Positions 25,617-27,923 of a DNA stretch of 27,923 nt are shown in pieces. Origin of the DNA: a virus. Lineage: Duplodnaviria > Caudoviricetes. The position numbers and the translations under genes are program-made. The stretch covers positions 1 to 27,923 of the IMG/VR virus record IMGVR_UViG_3300030098_000745; one strand, written 5' to 3'. Position 1 is the first letter of the stretch. Every line of letters starts with the position of its first letter. The notes under the pieces are model-generated. The model was not told the DNA's origin, did no database searches, and saw only the letters and a list, made by a program, of their open reading frames with translations.

Positions 25617-26269
25617 TTAATTCTTTGTTCTGCTATTTTAAAATAGTGTTTATCTAACTCAATACCAATAAAATCTCTGTTAGTATTACAACAAGCAACA
25701 CCTGTTGTTCCGCTTCCCATAAACATATCTAAAACAGTGTCGTTTTCATTAGTACTATTTTTAATATAGTACTCTATTAAGTCAATAGGTTTTTGTGTTG
25801 GGTGTGTTTTATTTTTAGGCACGTCAAATTTATGTACTGTTTTGCTTCCTTTATTATTTATGCTTTTTGCTTTACCTTTCTTTGCGAAAATCACATATTC
25901 AGCATTTTTTAAATACCATCTATTTACAACTGGCTTTTTTTCCCAAACTAAAAGATTATGTATATAAAACTCGCTTTTCTCAAATAATGTTAAAAACTTA
26001 TTTAGGTTCAAAAAGTTGGTAAAAAAATATATATGGCTTTGTTCTTTCATAACCCTAAACATTTCACCCATAAAATTTTCGTTAAAATCAACTTCATTGT
26101 GTTTAAATATTTTACCGTTGTTTTTCCATTTACCTTTATAAAAAGCGTTTGCAGTCTTAGTTTGCCCTCCACTTATCACTTTGTAAGGTGGGTCTGTTAT
26201 TATGCAATCAACACTATTATCAGGTATCAATTTCATAACTTCTAAACAATCACCATTATATAGTTTCAT
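25604..26269 (-). CDS. Orphan N4/N6 DNA methyltransferase (beta class)
   Basis: GDCLEVM...VDCIITDPPY...HPTQKP...VLDMFMGSGTTGVA...FIGIELD. Confidence 0.93.
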   Translation of the reverse strand: MKLYNGDCLEVMKLIPDNSVDCIITDPPYKVISGGQTKTANAFYKGKWKNNGKIFKHNEVDFNENFMGEMFRVMKEQSHIYFFTNFLNLNKFLTLFEKSEFYIHNLLVWEKKPVVNRWYLKNAEYVIFAKKGKAKSINNKGSKTVHKFDVPKNKTHPTQKPIDLIEYYIKNSTNENDTVLDMFMGSGTTGVACCNTNRDFIGIELDKHYFKIAEQRIKNEL

Positions 26270-27423
26270 AATATATAGTATTTGCCTGAGTGATTAACAG
26301 ATAATTTATTTAAGCATAAATATCTAGTTGCATCTATTAAGTGGTCATTGACTTTTACAGGCGTGTTTAATACATCACCATTTTTATCTGTAGACCATTT
26401 GTAACCTCTAAACTCTTTTATTGCGTTTAGACTATCTTTTGTAATATGTAGTTTATAACGCCTCATAATATCAAGTCCTAAGTGAATACCTGCACCTTTT
26501 TTAGCAGGTTTAATGTTAAAACCTTGTCTATATATTTCTTCTATTGACTTTGGCTCTGCTGAATCTCCAATTATTTCTGTTTGTCTATCAATACCAAATT
26601 CTTTAAGTTTATTTGCAAGGTCTGTATTTGTTAATCTCTTTTCATATAGCAGCTCTTTAATATATAGGTTATCATCTAATTGTCTTACTTCTACTAATGC
26701 CGTTGGTGAATTCGTGAATCCAAAATCTAAACCATAACCAATCAAACGCCCTTGCACATCATCAACTAAATTAAAGTTCCTGAATATCATTGTTTGTATA
26801 GAGCCAATTTCACCTAATCCATAAACACGCCAATAATCAGGGTCTATATCTTTTAGTCTTTCTATTTCTGCAATAGTATCTTCATCTAAAAAAGGATTAG
26901 CTTTATATGTTGATTTTATAAAGGTGCAATCATCTCTAGTTTGTACCTTTTCATATATCCATGAATACGGGTCTGATGGATTATAGTCTAAATATATTTG
27001 TTCTGTTGTCCTTAGAATTAATTGTGTCCAATCTTCATAAGTTAATTCATTTGCTTCATTGAGCCATAAATAATTACGCTTTCGCCCTCTTATTTTTTGT
27101 GGTTGGTCAACTGAAATAAATTCAATTAAATTACCATTAAGTAAATATGATAGTTCGGATTTGTTGTGGTTTTCTTCTGAGTATAACTCCATCTCTTTTA
27201 AGATGTTTAATACATCTCTATATGCAGTACCCTTTAATGCAGGTAATGTTTTTCTAACTATTGTAAAAGTCCTGCCTGTATCTTCTAAACATTTTACAAT
27301 AAACAATTGACAAAGCGAATAGGTCTTTGAACTCCTTGTGCCCCCTTGCAAACAAGTTATTCTACTTTTAGACCTATACGCCTTGTTAAATACATTCGTT
27401 GTTTTAATCTTTGCCTGTGTCAA
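26266..27423 (-). CDS. terL: Terminase large subunit, PBSX/Terminase_3 type (probable TTG start at 27423)
   Basis: QGGTRSSKT Walker A, LWLNEANE Walker B, DYNP, GLDFGFTNSP, DSAEP, DHLIDATRY. Confidence 0.93.
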   Translation of the reverse strand: MTQAKIKTTNVFNKAYRSKSRITCLQGGTRSSKTYSLCQLFIVKCLEDTGRTFTIVRKTLPALKGTAYRDVLNILKEMELYSEENHNKSELSYLLNGNLIEFISVDQPQKIRGRKRNYLWLNEANELTYEDWTQLILRTTEQIYLDYNPSDPYSWIYEKVQTRDDCTFIKSTYKANPFLDEDTIAEIERLKDIDPDYWRVYGLGEIGSIQTMIFRNFNLVDDVQGRLIGYGLDFGFTNSPTALVEVRQLDDNLYIKELLYEKRLTNTDLANKLKEFGIDRQTEIIGDSAEPKSIEEIYRQGFNIKPAKKGAGIHLGLDIMRRYKLHITKDSLNAIKEFRGYKWSTDKNGDVLNTPVKVNDHLIDATRYLCLNKLSVNHSGKYYIL

Positions 27424-27757
27424 TAACTTCAATTTTAATATCCGTAATAGACTTACCACCACTTGTAATATCTAGTAACGATTTGTCTGTATAACCTCTA
27501 TCTTTAGCTTTAGACTTTAAATAGAAGATAATACTTGTTTCTTTTCCTCTAGCTATATTCTTAATTAATTCACCCTCAACATAATCTATTTGAGCTTCTT
27601 GAATTTCTTTTACTGCTTTAGCAAATTCTTCATCTTCTTTTAAGTATCTATAGTATGTACTTCTACTTATATTACCTGCCTTTTTACAAGCATGATAAAT
27701 TAGTCCTTGCGTTTCTTTTAACGCTTGTAATAGTTTCTCTTTTTTATTGTGTCCCAT
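27404..27757 (-). CDS. terS: Terminase small subunit (HTH)
   Basis: LLQALKETQGLIYHACKKAGNISRSTYYRYL...SIIFYLKSKAKDRGY; immediately upstream of terL. Confidence 0.75.
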   Translation of the reverse strand: MGHNKKEKLLQALKETQGLIYHACKKAGNISRSTYYRYLKEDEEFAKAVKEIQEAQIDYVEGELIKNIARGKETSIIFYLKSKAKDRGYTDKSLLDITSGGKSITDIKIEVIDTGKD

Positions 27758-27774
27758 TTGTATTATTTAATCTA

Positions 27775-27923
27775 TTATAATTTAGTTGCCTTTTGTCCTG
27801 TGAACTGTTCCCATCTTTCTATAATTACATCACAGTATTTAGTATCTAATTCCATTCCATAACATATTCTATTTGTTTTTTCACAAGCTATTAATGTTGA
27901 ACCACTACCAAGAAATAAATCAA
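27775..27923 (-). CDS. C-terminal end of the ParB-methyltransferase that starts at 1110
   Basis: ...DLFLGSGSTLIACEKTNRICYGMELDTKYCDVIIERWEQFTGQKATKL*; stop at 27775-27777. Confidence 0.9.
   Translation of the reverse strand, partial: DLFLGSGSTLIACEKTNRICYGMELDTKYCDVIIERWEQFTGQKATKL
27796..27923. repeat. Terminal direct repeat, copy 2
   Basis: Identical to 1-128. Confidence 0.95.

Noticed and set aside
3738-26737. Other plus-strand track ORFs (3738, 7202, 7548, 8587, 12573, 12995, 16318, 16753, 17403, 18450, 21022, 23301, 26033, 26513) and nested minus ORF 23254-23487
   Set aside because: They lie within or largely overlap well-supported minus-strand genes and show no recognisable motifs. 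Those in the lysis block lack a convincing signal peptide plus lipobox, so they were not called embedded spanins.
27424-27462. Track start of terL at 27462, or a terS-terL frameshift fusion
   Set aside because: The extension lies inside terS and no clear slippery site was seen; TTG 27423 near the terS stop is simpler, and other genes here also use TTG starts.
27758-27790. Possible fifth late promoter upstream of terS
   Set aside because: It has a CAACTAAATTATAA resemblance but lacks the invariant TTTATATTTAT box.
27796-27923. 128-bp terminal repeat as a biological DTR or att site
   Set aside because: It lies mid-gene in the ParB-MTase and its length is typical of an assembler overlap; a PBSX-type terminase suggests headful packaging.

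Overview
This window looks like one complete, circularly permuted ~27.8-kb genome of a small tailed phage (Caudoviricetes, siphovirus-type). Bases 1-128 recur exactly at 27796-27923 and split a ParB-methyltransferase gene, so the unique length is 27,795 bp. A Bacteroidota (probably Flavobacteriia) host is inferred from the AT-richness, no obvious Shine-Dalgarno sites, a TAnnTTTG/TTTG promoter, DUF3127- and DUF4373-like genes, and signal peptides followed by Gln. Nearly all genes are on the minus strand. The early block runs HTH, annealing-like protein, SSB-like protein, replication initiator, VRR-NUC, ECF-like sigma factor, HNH and ParB-MTase. The late block has an unusual order: terminase, MTase, tail chaperone with -1 frameshift, tail/tip genes, short tape measure, protease, scaffold, capsid, tail tube, portal and adaptor. 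A lysis-linked block follows. A small plus-strand operon (5446-6432) diverges from the early block. No integrase, DNA polymerase, tRNA or CRISPR array was recognised. Highlights: (1) a translationally coupled envelope module next to the endolysin and holin, made of a predicted outer-membrane beta-barrel with an EF-hand-like loop, two small membrane proteins and an exported CxxC-less thioredoxin-fold protein; (2) four exactly spaced AAACRA-N10-TTTATATTTAT elements just before late genes, plausibly read by the phage sigma factor; (3) a G/GT-type frameshift in a non-canonical position; (4) a 41-bp repeat-flanked gene cassette. All family assignments come from motif recognition by eye, not from database searches.
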